The translations under genes were made by a program, and so were the position numbers. A DNA stretch of 64,000 bases from Felis catus (Eukaryota): positions 147,500,001-147,564,000 of the forward strand of contig NC_058368.1 in assembly GCF_018350175.1 (NCBI RefSeq), written 5' to 3'. Under the pieces are notes generated by a model. It did not search any database, had not been told where the DNA came from, and worked only from the letters and a program-made list of their open reading frames with translations. Shown one piece after another: positions 24,521 through 37,990 of this stretch (position 1 is the first letter of the stretch; each line of letters opens with the position of its first letter).

Positions 24521-27494
24521 TGTAGTTTTCTTGATTGTTTCCTTTGCAGTGCAGAAGCTTCTTATCTTGATGAGGTCCCAATAGTTCATTTTTGCTTTTA
24601 TTTCCCTTGCCTTCAGAGATGTGTCAAGCAAGAAATTGCTGCAGCTGAGGTCAAAGAGTTTGTTGCCTGTGTTCACCTCTAGGGTTTTAATGGTTTCCTG
24701 TCTCACATTCAGGTATTTTGTCCATTTTGAGTTTATTTTTGTGTATGGTGTAAGTAAGTGGTCCAGTTTAATTCTCTGCCTTTTGCTGTCCAATTCTCCC
24801 AGCACCATTTGCTAAAGAGACCACTTTTTTTCCATTGGATACTCTTTCCTGCTTTGTCAAAGATTAGTTGGCCATACATTTGGGAGTCCAATTCTGGGTT
24901 CTCTATTCTATTCAATTGGCCTACAGGTCTGTTTTGTGCCAGTATCATACTGTCTTGATGATTACAGCTTTGTATTAGAGTCTAAAGCCTGGGATTGGGA
25001 TACCTCCCATTTTGGTTTTCTTTTTCAACATAACTTTGAGTATTCGAGGTCTTTGTAGTTTCATGCAAATTCTATGATTGTCTATTTTAATTTTGAGAAG
25101 AATGCCGGTGCAATTTTCATTGGGAGTGCATTGAATGTGTAGGTTGCTTTGGGTGTATTGACATTTTAACAATATTTGTTCTTCCAACCCATGAGCGTGA
25201 AATGTTTTTCCATTTTTTAAAATGTCTTCTTCAATTTTTTTCATAAGCTTTCTATAATTTTCAATGTACAGAGTTTTCAACCATTTGGTTAGGTTTGTTC
25301 CTAGATACTTTACAGTTTTTGGTGCAATTGTAAATGCGATTGATTCCTTGATTTCTCTTTCTGCTGCTTCATTATTGGTGTATAGGAATGCAACCGATTT
25401 CTGTGCATTGATTTCATATCCTGTGACTTTGCTGAATTTATGGATCAGTTCTAGCAGCTTTTTGGTGGAATCTTTTGGGTTTCCCATAATGAGTATCATG
25501 TTGTCTACAAAAAGTGAAAGTTTCATTTCCTCCTGCTGATTTGGATGCCTTTTATTTCTTTGTGTTGTCTGCTTGAGGTTGGGACTTCCAATACTATGTT
25601 GAATAACAGTGGCTAGAGTGGACATCCACTCTGTGTCCCTGACCTTAGGACGAAAGCTCTCAGTTTTTCCCTACTGAGGATGATATTGGCACTGTGTCTT
25701 TCATATATGGCCTTTATGATCTTGAGGTATGATCCTTCTATCCCTACTTTCTTGAGGGTTGTTATCAAGAAAGGATGCTGTATTTTGTCAAATGGTTTCT
25801 CTGCATCTACTGAGAGGATTATGTGGTTCTTGTTCTTTCTTTTATTACTGTGGTGTATCACATTGATTTGCAGATATTGAACCAGCCCTACATCCCAGGT
25901 ATAACTCTCACTTGATTGTGGTGAATAATCCTTTTTATGTATTGTTGGATTTAGTTGGCTAGTATCTTGTTGAGAATTTTTACATCCATGGTCATCAGGG
26001 AAATTGTCTATAGTTCTCCTTTATAGCAGGGTCTTTGTCTGGTTTTGGAGTCAAGGTAATGCTGGCCTCATAGAATGAGTTTGGAAGTTTTCTTTCCATT
26101 TCTATTATTTGGAACAACTTCAGAAGAATAGGCATTAATTCTTCTTTAAATGTTTGGTAGAATTCCCTTGGACTCACTTTTTGGGAGATTTTTATCACTA
26201 ATTCAATTTCTTTACTGGTTATGGGTCTGCTCAAATGTTCTGTTTCTTCTTGTTTCACTTTTGGTAGTTTGTATGTTTCTAAGAATTTGTCCATTTCTTC
26301 CAGAGTGCCCATTTTATTGGCATATAATTGCTCATAATACTCTCTTATTATAGTTTGCATTTCTGCAGTGTTGGTTGTGATCTCTCCATTTTCATTCTTG
26401 GTTTTATTTCTTTGGGCCCTTTCCTTTTCCTTTGATCAAACTAGCTAGGGATTTATCAATTTTTTAAAATTCTGTCAAAGAACCAGCTACTGGTTTCATT
26501 GTTCTGTTTTTTTTTTTAAATTAATTTTTTATTTTGATAGCATTGACTTCTGCTCTAATCTTTATTATTTTCTATCTTCTGATGGTTTGGGGTTTTATTT
26601 GCTGTTCTTTTTCCAGCTCTTTAATGTGTAAGGTTAGGTTGTTTATCTGAGCCTTTCTTCCTTCTTTAGGAAGGTCTGTATTGCTATAAACTTCCCTTTT
26701 ATGACTATCTTTGCTGCATCCCAGAGATTTTGGGCTCTGTTGTTATCATTTTCATTGGCTTCCATGTACTTTTTAATTTCCTCTTTAACTTCTTGGTTAA
26801 AGAAATTCATTTTTTTTTAGTAGGATGTTCTTTAATCTCCAAGTATTTGTTGTCTTTCCAACTTTTTTCTTGGGGTTGATTTCAAGTTTCATAGCATTGT
26901 GGTCTGAAAATATGCACAGTATGATCTCAATTTTTTTTTGTTGTTGAGGACTGATTTGTGCCTCTGTATGTAATCTATTCTGGAGAATGTTCCATGTGCA
27001 CTCAAGAAGAAAGTGTATTCCAGTGCTTTAGGATGAAATGTTCTAAATATATCTGTTAAGTCCATCCGGTCAAGTATGTCATTGAAAGCCATTGTTTCCT
27101 TGTTGATTTTCTGCTTTGATGATCTGTCCATTGTTGTAAATGGGGTTTTGAAGTCCCCTATTATTATGGTATTAATATCAATGAGTTTCTTTATGTTTGT
27201 GATTAATTGATTTATATATTTGGGTCTTTCATGTTTGGAGCATAAATGTTTACAACTGTTAGATCTTCTTGGTGGATAGGCCTCTTAATTATGATATAAT
27301 GCCCTGCTTTATCTCTTCTTACAGTCTTTATTTTAAAATCTAGATTGTCTGATATAAATATGGCTAGTATGGCTTTCTTTTGATGACCATTAGCATGACA
27401 GATGGTTCTCCATCACTTTACTATTAATCTCAAAGTCTCTTTAGGTCTAAACTGGGTCTCTTGTAAATAACAGATAGATGAATATAGTTTTCTA
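24521..27494 (-). mobile_element. LINE-1 internal ORF2 fragment (EN through RT), inactive, truncated at both ends
   Basis: Minus-strand ORFs 26889-27131, 25995-26360, 25613-25861, 24975-25625 and 24440-24808 are consecutive ORF2p segments ([34 protein letters not shown] for FADDM, KYLG), broken by frameshifts. Confidence 0.97.
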
Positions 27495-29409
27495 GAAGTT
27501 AATATTTTTGAATAAAATTTCAGAATTGTGTTGAGCCTAGAGCCCTCTCCCAAGCCCCTCTTTTCCATCTACTATTCCAAACCTGAGGCAGCTATATGAA
27601 ATTTCTAAGTCAACCAAAGGTATATCCCTTCCTCAGAATGCCTAGTACAGTGCCTTGCACAGAGTAAATGATCCCTTAACAGTGTGTTGTTTCCAAACAG
27701 CTTACAAGGGAGGTAACATATAGGCTCATGTGTGAATCTAAAAAATCATCAATCGTCTATTTCTGAGAATCCATATCTTTATCCATCCCAAAGAGCTCTG
27801 AACCAAGAATGGAATGGGGTTGGGCTAGGGAAGGGGTAAGGAGGATTGACAGGAGCTGATAATTACAATCATTAAAAGCATTTTTAAAGCTCTTAATTTT
27901 ATATTTGATAAAATATGTTTGGTTATTTTGCTGAGCAGATAGGAGAAAATCTATTAATTGTAGTTTTCATACCTGTGGGTACATGAGTGTGAACACATAC
28001 ATATGTGTCATTAAGATTTTTATGGAAACACTAAGAAATGAAGAACTTATGAGTATGATAGGATATCCTTGGAAACCAAACCATAATCTTGTTAAATAGA
28101 TTGAATGCTCCAAGGAGAAATCAAGCAGAATTGAAGGACTACTGCAGAGTTGTGGGAAATATCAGTGACAACACCCAGAAAATTTAACCTATTCTGATTA
28201 CCTAAAGACTTTTTACTCATTTTGGAACTGTTTATTCATTCAGAAAATTAAAGAAAAAAATAAGTCTAACTGTTATAAGAAAAGTTATGATAGAAAAAAA
28301 GAGAATGAACCGAAAATTTCAGATGTTTGATGAGTATCAGTAAATAAGGTAATAAAATATAAATGTTACTATTCAACGGAAAGTAAATACTAAGTAGCAA
28401 GTAGGGACTCAGGATAAAACAAGAAGGGAGTGCACAATTCTAAACAGAACACTGATACCTGCCTCCTTATAAGCTTAGGGTAATCAGTGTTGTTGAAGCA
28501 CTCCAGGACTGGAGGGAGAAGTCTTTGAAACATAGATAAGGTACTAAGTGCAGCAATTAGAGTGATAAAAAGGTTTTGACACTGAAGTAGCCTACTTCAC
28601 ACCATACTCTGACATCCTTTATCTCAGGAAAGAATCAGCATTTAGGAACTGCCATATTAGAAAACTGTGGGAATGCTTTCAAGAATGAGATGGAGCTAGA
28701 AAGAGATCAATCCAAGATTGACTTGTAAGCAAGTACTGTAACATAAGGTAAGAAAAGCCAGAGTAAGGCAAATATTGAACATTTTTATTTTCTAGGCAAA
28801 CTTCATTAAAATATTATGAATGTTGTAGGTATTGGTTCAATAAATCATGATTTGTTATACCAAGTCTAAGGTTATATCATCTTTTGGATAATAACTCATT
28901 TTTAGTATAATTTTTTCTCACCCAAAACACACCAAATAAGTATATTATAAATGTAATACTTCAACATTATACTTTGAGACAAAAATAAGATGTACCAATT
29001 ACTTTATACCTTTTCTAACCAGAAAATATCATAACAAAACTTAAGTTGTGTAACATATTTTGATGGACCCAAGAGAGCTTGCTTTGTACATTTACATTAA
29101 GTAATGGTAATTAAGAGGTAGCAACTTTTATTATTTCCACATGTTTTGAAGTGTTATTTTGTTTTATTTTGGATTTATTTTTCTGGAAAGGTTTTTATTT
29201 TTATTTTCCCCCCTGCTACAATTCTGTTTTCAAAGTAGTTTGAAATGAAGTAACCAGGAAACTCAACTGGTCAAAAGGAATGCACAGAAAGAAAACTGCA
29301 TCCTTTAAAGAACGGCTCTACTTTTCCTTCATCACCTAGAATCACTTCTCATTTTTATCCTGGAGTAATACCACATTTTTCTCCATGTAATTTTTCTCCA
29401 TGTAATACC

Positions 29410-29912
29410 ACATTTTCTAGTTTCCAGTGTTGTTCCTGACATCTCGAGGCCTTGCTTGATGCAAGGGACTGCCCCTTTTGAGGTCAGTCAATTGCTAGGA
29501 ATTAATAAAAGATTGACAAATCCAGAGCCAATGCCCTCATGGGCTTCTTATATGGGGGTTTTACTTTCAGGACTATTATCCCCCTGTACTAATGACCTCA
29601 GGGTCAACTACCAGACAACTAGAAACACCTCCTATGCTCAGAGCCTGCCAAAAATATTCCAACTAGCTAAACCTAAACCTACTTATGCTGCCTTGCCCAT
29701 TCTCTCCCATGGATACCACATTAAAGACTATTGATCAAATCCTCTTCTCTCTCCTACTGCCTCCTGACCGATCCAGGTGCCTCACTAAGTGGCCCCTAAG
29801 ATATGATGTGTCCCCTCCTCTTGGGAACTGTAATCAACTATCATAATGTCAGTCATCTTCTGTTTTGTTTTTCTCACCAATACCTGAATAATAAAACCAA
29901 CAATTTTAAAAC
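29410..29912 (+). mobile_element. ERVL solo LTR, MER74-like
   Basis: 'gacatctcgaggccttgct...gggactgcccc...caattgctag...aatccagagcc' and 3' 'cctgaataataaaacc' match the remembered MER74 consensus. Confidence 0.65.
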
Positions 29913-30331
29913 CATACAAGACACCCTATTTACGCTATGTTTTTTGTATACAGTATTGATTATATAGAGAAATTATTGTTAATTATGTATACAAATGCAT
30001 CTTTGTTGATTTATGATGTGAAAATATTTGGGTATCTTAGATGGAAATAATATTTCTCATTAAAATTAGTGGGTTTTTTCCCAACTTAATGACTTTTTCT
30101 ACCAAAGAGCCATGGTTTTCATGAAAAAAAATCAAAGTCTTTAAAGCAAAAGACAGATACACTTAGCATTTGAGTATTTTTAAAAAAGTTCCATTAACTT
30201 ATTTGAGATATACATAGCGATGCAGATACATAAAATAAAATATATAAAATGCCAGTAACAGTCTGAGCCATGATCTCATGGGATATAAATGCTGTAATAG
30301 GACATTTGATTCCAACTATCATTCCAGAAGC

Positions 30332-30392
30332 AAAAAAAAAAAAAAAAAAAAAAAAGAGAGAGAGAAAGAAAGAAAGAAAAAAGAAACAAAAA
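30332..30392. repeat. Poly(A)/(GA)/(GAAA) simple repeat
   Basis: Direct reading. Confidence 0.9.
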
Positions 30393-31295
30393 CAATGTTA
30401 CAGTAAATACCTGAACATTTTTGCTTAAGTCCTGAAGTAAAAACTTATTTTTTTTTTCATTTTCATCTAAATAGGCTCTCTAATTACATGTGGAAGTTTC
30501 AGCAATTGTGGCCCCCAGAGCCACTGAGAAACCTGTGACCTCTCTAAGAAGATGTGTCAATTCAGTGCTATTAGAGAGGCTGTCAGCATTACCTGAGGGC
30601 AGACTGACTTGGGATAATGCAAAACCAAATCAGAGTATCACATCTAAAAGCTTAAGTGAAAAACAGCTAAAATACAAAATTTCACATAATTGTAGCTCTA
30701 ATAAACAGTCACTGGATAAAATAGTCACATAACTTTAAAAGCTAAACTATGTAGAAAAAGAAAACAAGAAAAAAAGCTTAGAGTATCTTTGCTCTTTTAA
30801 AATTTAAGCAAATAGATATTCAGTAAGGAGGAATTCCCTCTTCAACTTATTGGATGCTTTTGAAATATTTATAAAGATGAAAACAACAACAAAAGTGATT
30901 CCATACAAAGAAATTAGTAGCAGGACTTGTCATTTTCATTTTATAGTCATATAATGACTGCATATCATCCAGTTTCTCAACTTTGAGAAAATTGCCATAT
31001 CCACAGAATGGCTGGCGGCAGAAACAGTCTACAAATAGTATAGCTGTGATAGTCAAAATGTCTTGAATATACATTTAAATTGTAGCAATCACTTTAAGGA
31101 TACAGCATTTCATAATTTGAAGCATTCCACATTTTATTGTAATAGAAAGAACACGGTCTTTGGGGCAGATCTACCTTTGTTCAAAATTAGGTGCTGTCAC
31201 TCAGAGTAAGGCTTTAGGCAAAAAACTCTCAAATTAACATCACTCTGGTAATAATGATAATAACAATCAGGAGCAGGACAATAAAAACTGGAAAA

Positions 31296-31425
31296 TAATA
31301 TTTATTGAGCATTTACTACGTGTTAAGCAATGTTCTAAGTTCATTTTGTATATCCACTTAATTCTCAAATCCAATGAAATAAGTATTATTATTGTCTTCA
31401 TTTTACAAAAGATAAAAGCTGAGAC
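31296..31425 (-). mobile_element. MIR fragment
   Basis: 'atttattgagcatttactacgtg...attattattgtcttcattttacaaaagataaaagctgag'. Confidence 0.75.
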
Positions 31426-33916
31426 AAAAAAAGAGATAAATAAGTAAAAGGTGAAATTAAAAAGGAGACGTTACACTTTGACATCAAAATAGAAAGGGTA
31501 AGAAATAGAAAGGGTAATACAAGACTACTATAAACAATTATACACCAACAAATTAGACAACCTAGAAAAAAATGGATAAATTCCTAGAAACACACACCCC
31601 ACGAAGATTCAATCACAAAGAAATATGATCTCTAAACAGACCAATTACGAGTAAGACTAAATCAGTTATCAAAAAGCTCTCAAAAAAGGAAAGTTCAGGA
31701 CCAGATGGCTTCACTGGTGAGTTCTACCAAACATTTAAATAAGAGTTAATACTGGGGCGCCTGGGTGGCTCAGTTGGTTAAGCGTCCGACTTTGGCCCAG
31801 GTCATGATCTCACGGTCTGTGAGTTCGAGCCCCACGTTGGGCTCTGTGCTGACAGCTCAGAGCCTGGAGCCTGTTTCAGATTCTGTGTCTCCCTCTCTCT
31901 CTGACCCTCCCCCGTTCATGTTCTGTCTCTCTCTGTCTCAAAAATAAATAAACATTAAAAAAATTTTTTTAAATAAGAGTTAATACTAATCCTTCTCAAA
32001 TTCTTCCAAGAATTCGAAAAGGACTCATTTTATAAGGTCAGCAGTACCTAGATGCCAAAACAGGACAATACAAGAAAAAAAAATCATAGGCCAACATCTC
32101 ATGATCAAATGGGTTTTATCCCAGATACAAGGATAGTTCAATATGCGAATATCAATATGATGCACCAAATTAACAAAATGAAGGATAAAAATCATATGAT
32201 ATTCTCACTAGATGCAGAAAAAGCATTAGACAAAACACAGCAGGCATTCATGATGAAAACTCTCAACAAATTGGGTACAGAAGGAACCATAAAAGTTCAC
32301 GACTAGATAAAGCAAAGTGGGAAACAACAAAGGTTGAGGAATCATACTTCCTTATTTCAAACAATATTACAAAGCCAAAATAATCATAACAGTATGGTAT
32401 TGGCATAAAAACAGACATATATATCAGTGAAAAAGAATAGAGAAGCAGAAATAAACCTATTGATATATGGTCAATTCATTTATGGGGAAAGGATAGTCTA
32501 TTAAATAAATGTGTTGGAAAAACTGGATAGTCACATGCAAAAGAATGATACTGCACCCTTTTTTTATACCATACACAAAAATTAACTTAAAAGCAATTAA
32601 AGATTTTAATGTAAGACCTGAAACTCTGAACCTTCTAGAAGAAAACATAGGGGGTAAATTCCTTGACATTAGTCTTGGAAATAATATTTTGGATCTGACA
32701 CCAAAAGCAAAGACAACAAAAGCAAAAATCACCAAGTGGAACTATATCATACGAGAAACCTTCTACACAGCAAAGTAAATCATCAGCAAAAGGGAAAGCA
32801 ACCTATTGAAGGGGAGAAAATGTTTGCAAAACATGTATCTGATAAAATAATAATATTCAAAATATATCAAGAACTCATACAACTCAAAAGCAAAAAACCA
32901 AAAAATCTGGTTTTAAAAATGGGCAGAGAAATTGGATACATTTTTCCAAAGGAATTGAATAGACACTTTCCATACCAATGGCCAACAGGCACATTAAAAA
33001 AAAAAAAAGCTCAATATTATATCATCAAGGAAATGTAAATCGAAAACACAATGAGATGTCACCTTACAACTGTGAGTATGGTTATCATCAAAAAAACACT
33101 AAGAAATAACAACTATTGGCAAAGATGTGGAGGAAAAGAAACTCTTGTGTACTGTTTACGGGAATGTAAATGGGCGCAACCACTGTGAAAAATAGGACAG
33201 AGATTCCTCATAGAACTACCAAATGATTCAGTAATTCCATTTCTGGATATTTACCACCCCCCCCAAAAAGAAAAACTTTTCTCTATCATGAAAAGACACC
33301 TGCATCCCATGTTTATTGCAGTATTATTCACAATAACCAAGACATGAAAACAACTTAAGCATCCACTGATGAATGACTGGATAAAGAAAACATGATACAC
33401 ACACACATACATGCACACACACACACTGTAATATAGTGTTCAGCCATAAAAAAGAAGGGAATCCTTCTATGTGTAACAACATGCATGGGTTTGAGGGCAT
33501 TATGCTAAATGAAATAAGTCAGAGAAAGACAAATATCGTATGATCTTACTTACAGGTAGAATCTAAAAACAAAATTAGCATAGGTACAGAGAACAGATTG
33601 GTGGTTGCCCGAGGTCAAGGGTGGAGGAGTGGGTGAAGCTGGTCAAAAGATGCAAACTTCCAGTTATAAGATAAATAAGTCCTGGGAATATAATGTACAG
33701 TATGGTGACTATAGTTAACAATAACAAACTATATATTTGAAAATTGTCAAGAATATGTCTTAAAAGTTCTCACCATTAGGAAAAAAATAACTATGAAATG
33801 ATGGATATTAAACTTACTGTGGTAATCATTTCATAATAAATACATATATCAAATCATTATGTTGTAAACCTAAAAGTAATGTAGTGTTGTACATGAATTA
33901 TATCTGAATAAAACTG
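31426..33916 (+). mobile_element. 5'-truncated, internally deleted LINE-1 (ORF2 remnants + 3' UTR)
   Basis: ORF2p segments ([28 protein letters not shown]...PYTKINLKAIKDFNVRPETL); 3' end 'gaattatatctgaataaaactg'. Confidence 0.95.
31754..31970 (+). mobile_element. CanSINE inserted into L1
   Basis: Full head and tail; perfect 17-bp TSD 'aaataagagttaatact' at 31737-31753 and 31971-31987. Confidence 0.97.
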
Positions 33917-33965
33917 GTTGGGGCTGAAAACTGGTATGGATTCCATGTTGCACATTATAACTTCA

Positions 33966-33977
33966 TGTATGTGTGTG

Positions 33978-34017
<40 letters not shown>

Positions 34018-34066
34018 AATACACACACACACACACACGTGTGTGTGTATGTGTGTGTGTATACAC
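33966..34066. repeat. (TG)n-(CA)n-(TG)n compound microsatellite
   Basis: Direct reading; abuts the SINE tail. Confidence 0.95.
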
Positions 34067-34242
34067 GTTTATTTATTTGAATGGTGGAGGGGAAGAGAGA
34101 GAGAGGGAGACAGAGAATCCACAGCAGGCTTTAGGCTCCAAGCTGTCAGTGCAGAGCCCGACATGGGCTTGAACTCATAAACCGTGAGATCATGATCTGA
34201 GCCAAAGTTGGATGCTTAACTGACTGAGTCACTCAGGTGCCC
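34066..34242 (-). mobile_element. CanSINE (SINEC)
   Basis: 'cgtttatttattt...ttaactgactgagtcactcaggtgccc'. Confidence 0.93.
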
Positions 34243-34404
34243 TATGAATATATTTTTAAATTATGAAATATAAATGTGTAAGATGGAGATAATACTTATG
34301 AAGATATAACAAATTTGCATGAGGAAATTACAAATTACTTTATTAAAGTGTAAGTATGATTTTATTACCTTTAAGAAATGGATTATTGCTCAAATTCATA
34401 TTTT

Positions 34405-34548
34405 TCTTTGTTCCCTTCCTTCTTTCCTTACCTTCTTACTTGCCTTCAGCCTTCCTTCCTCCCTTTGTCTTCCTATACCAGCCTAGCTCCTTCCCTTCTT
34501 CTCTTTGTACTCCTCTCTCTCCCTCTTTTCCTCCCTCCCTTCCTCTAG
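34405..34548. repeat. CT-rich low-complexity tract followed by an L2-like 3' end
   Basis: Polypyrimidine tract; the following 'aaatatttc...cactgttctcggcc...gtggtgaacaaga' is L2-like. Confidence 0.7.
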
Positions 34549-35828
34549 CGCTTGTTCTTTGGTCACAGAGTCTTCTCGGTAAATATTTCTTTGGTACTAT
34601 ACACTGTTCTCGGCCTTAAGGATCCTGTGGTGAACAAGATGGGCAGTTTTAATCCTAGTGGAGCTCACAGTCTTGTGGTGGGGAATGGAGGGAAGCATTA
34701 GAAAGTTGACCAATTTTTAAAATAGAAAAATGAAAAAAAATGAATAAATAAAAAATAAAATAGAGGAAGTGTGTTTAAGAACTTGTAACAGAGAAGCTGA
34801 CCTAGACTATGGTTGAGAAATGACTTTCAACAGGTCAAAATTATTTAACACATAGAGATATGATCATAAACAGCTAAATTAATTTTATTTGTTCTGAGAT
34901 TAAAGATTTGTATTTTCATATATGAAATAGCCATTTCTGTAGAACATTAGATTTATCTAAGGTTATTTTAAGGATGTAATCAAATTTTTAAATTTACATT
35001 ACAATTACGACTTTAAAAAAACAACACTTATTCCACTTTACAGGAAGTATGATTATCTTATAGCCATTTTCTCTTCTGGAAACATACTTAAAATGTCAAT
35101 GAAGAAATAATACACCACTTACAAAATTCAGCTTTTACAAAGGGAGCTTTATAGAAATACACCCTGTTGCATAATTCAAAAATACTTTAGAAGTTGGCCT
35201 GAAACATCAAAATCATCATGCATAAAATAATCCTCATTATGTTGTTTTGTGAGTCACAGATAATATCATGATTGGAAAAACTGAAGCACAAGTGATTTTT
35301 CTCAGCATGGCAAGTCAGTCGTATTTTCACCATATACTTTGCCTATCATTTCAATGTAATCATCTCATGGGGAATTTGAATTGGTTGGTCCAGTTGAAAT
35401 GCAACTGTTTGAAATGAATGTATTTGAAGATATTATATTTCATATTTTGAAGAATTTAGAAATGAAAGAAAACTCAAGTTCAGTCTCTTAGGAGAAAATT
35501 GAAATGTGACTTGAATCCATTGAATAAACTAAGATATATTATTGGCTTCCTACCACCAGTTTTGGTCATTTTTTTCTTTTTTCCTTTTTTTATACCTTTT
35601 AAATTTTGGTGGGTTGTTTTGGGGCTTGATTGTTAACAGAATTTCAAGTATTTAACTTTGTTGTTTGAACTGGAGAAGAGTAAGTAGTGTTAAAGGTAAA
35701 AAGAGTATTTAATGACAATATAAGAAGTGTGAAAGTTCACCTGCCAGTATTTTCTCCCTACATCAATGCAAAGAGCACACAAATGACTTTTTATAGCTTA
35801 GTGCCAGAGAAAATGGTTGTAGCTAGGT

Positions 35829-36399
35829 CTGTTACTTTTCTATTGCTGTGTAACAAATAACCACCAAGTTACTGGTGAAAAGCAACACAAATTTATCATC
35901 TCACAAGCTATCCAGGTCCACTGCTCAGGATCTCACCAGGCTGAAATCAAGTTGTCAACTTCAGGTTCTCTCCAAGCCCACTTGCCCTTGACAGAATTGT
36001 TTCTTGAAGCTGTGGGGCTCAGCATCTAGAGGCTACCCACTGTTCCTGGTCTTGTCGCCTTCTCTGCACTTGACAATTTCCTTTCTTAAGACCAACAGGA
36101 AAAAGACTCTGCTATTTCAAATCTATTTTGTCTCTGACCTGTAGATCTTCTTTTAGTGGACTCTTTGATTAGGTGAGGGCCACCAGGCCAATCTCCTTTT
36201 TCATTAACTGAAAGTCAACTGCTTAAGGACTTTAATTACATTTACAAAATCCTTTCAAATTCACCATATAGGTTAATCATGGGAGTGACACACCTTCATA
36301 TTCATTGGGTCCACTTGAACCGAAGACGAGTGGATTATGCAGAACATATACACCAGGGGACCAAAATTAGTAGGTCAGTAGAGCATTGTGCCTACCACA
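35829..36399 (-). mobile_element. MaLR solo LTR (MLT1E/F-like)
   Basis: 'ttttctattgctgtgtaacaaataaccac', 'ctttaattacatttacaaaatcc', terminal 'tgcctaccaca'. Confidence 0.8.
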
Positions 36400-36981
36400 A
36401 GAGGTTTTCCCCAGGGTTACTGCAATCTGAATCATTTTCAATTATAACATAAATGGGAAATACTATCAGGAGGGAATGGTACTATTTCAAATCAATCATA
36501 CATTACATGAATGGTTTGTCTTCAAAAAAATAATTAATACAAAAAAGATTAAATGTTAAGTAAACGTGATAAATGCAAAAAATAGAAATTAACCCATTTT
36601 TATTAAATTAGAAAAAAGTATCAAAATGCATTGCATCATTATGGATTTTACATTTTTGGTTTAAAAATGAAAATATAGACAATATATTGGAATTTTGTGA
36701 TGTCTATTTTAAATTATCAACATTACTGGTGATTGAATTTTTAAATTAGGTACAACTGGAAGACTGTTCCTGTATTTTTCTTTCATCGTGGCATATCAGG
36801 AAAAATGTTTCACATGAATATGCTTTCAGAATAGGGAAGGAGACAGCAAACTGACACTTATGATACCTTGGAATTAAGGCTGTTCCCAGTCATTAACTGT
36901 TTCATTTTAGGCTGGTTACCTCCCATTTATTGCAAACCAGTGGATATATTTTGCATACTTTATTTAAAATATACTGACTCC

Positions 36982-37190
36982 TTTTTTTTAAATGTTTGTT
37001 TATTTTTGAGAGAGACAGAGAGAGGGAGAGAGCAGGGGAGGGGCAGAGAGAGTGGGAGACAGAATCTGAAGCCGGCTCCAGGCTCCCAGCTGTCAGCACA
37101 GAGCCTGACACGGGGCTTGAACCCACAAACTGTGAGATCATGACCTGAGCTGAAGTCGGATGCTTAACCAACTGAGCCACCCAGGTGCCC
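36982..37190 (-). mobile_element. CanSINE (SINEC)
   Basis: Complete reverse-complement SINE; short TSD 'ctgact(c/t)ctt'. Confidence 0.96.
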
Positions 37191-37789
37191 TCTGACTTCT
37201 TCACATTTAATATGACTATCCATTTAGAATTATAAGATTCACATCTTATCTTAATGCCTTGGGTCAAAGAAGAATATGATTTTATAAAATGAATACTAAA
37301 TATATAACAATGAAATTCACAAAAGTTGAAATTATAAAAAAGATACAAAATGTGAATCAACAATAATAACAAAGCCAATGACATATATAAGTTTGATAAT
37401 TAGAAGTGCTTCCTGGCATCCATATACAAATGGAGCATGAGGACTTCCTGTTGATGTATTATATACAACATACAACTTCCTGCTTATTCCTTAAAGACCT
37501 GACAGCAAGCAAAGTATAAAGACAAGTTTAGTCTTGAGTATACCTAATACTAATTTTATAAGAAAGATATTTCTAGTGTCTAGTATACTTATTACTTTTA
37601 TGGTAACTTGTTTATGACTCCTAACTTCTCTCTGAAGTCAAATGCAGAGAAGAGTTTGAAAAGCCTGGTTGTGAGAAATTCTTTTTGTGCTGCACCAGAT
37701 CAACAAGTGCTACTTTGCAGGATCCTCCAGGGGGCCATAACCCCATTGTGGAAGTATTTAGTGAAATACATATGAATTTATTGAGGGCC

Positions 37790-37990
37790 ATGATATTGTC
37801 AGAGCACAGGCATTGGAGTCTGACAGAGGTGAAAGGCCGTCATTGGGGCTCAGGTACTTGCTAGCCAATGTCCTAAAGTTTGTTATGTAATCTCACTGAA
37901 GTCCAGTTTCTTCATCTCTGAAGTCAGATAATATACAAATGATAAATGAAAAATGATTAGTGTGATGCCTGAGGAAGCAGTAAATTTTGT
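37790..37990 (+). mobile_element. MIR relic
   Basis: 'agagcacaggcattggagtctgacaga...ccagtttcttcatctctgaa'. Confidence 0.55.

Noticed and set aside
24440..27131. Longest ORFs (up to 216 aa) with reverse-transcriptase and endonuclease motifs as a novel RT system
   Set aside because: They are frameshifted pieces of ordinary LINE-1 ORF2; the catalytic FADD motif is mutated to FVDN
30847..31074. 75-aa ORF in non-repetitive sequence
   Set aside because: No recognisable protein in any frame and no convincing splice-site pair
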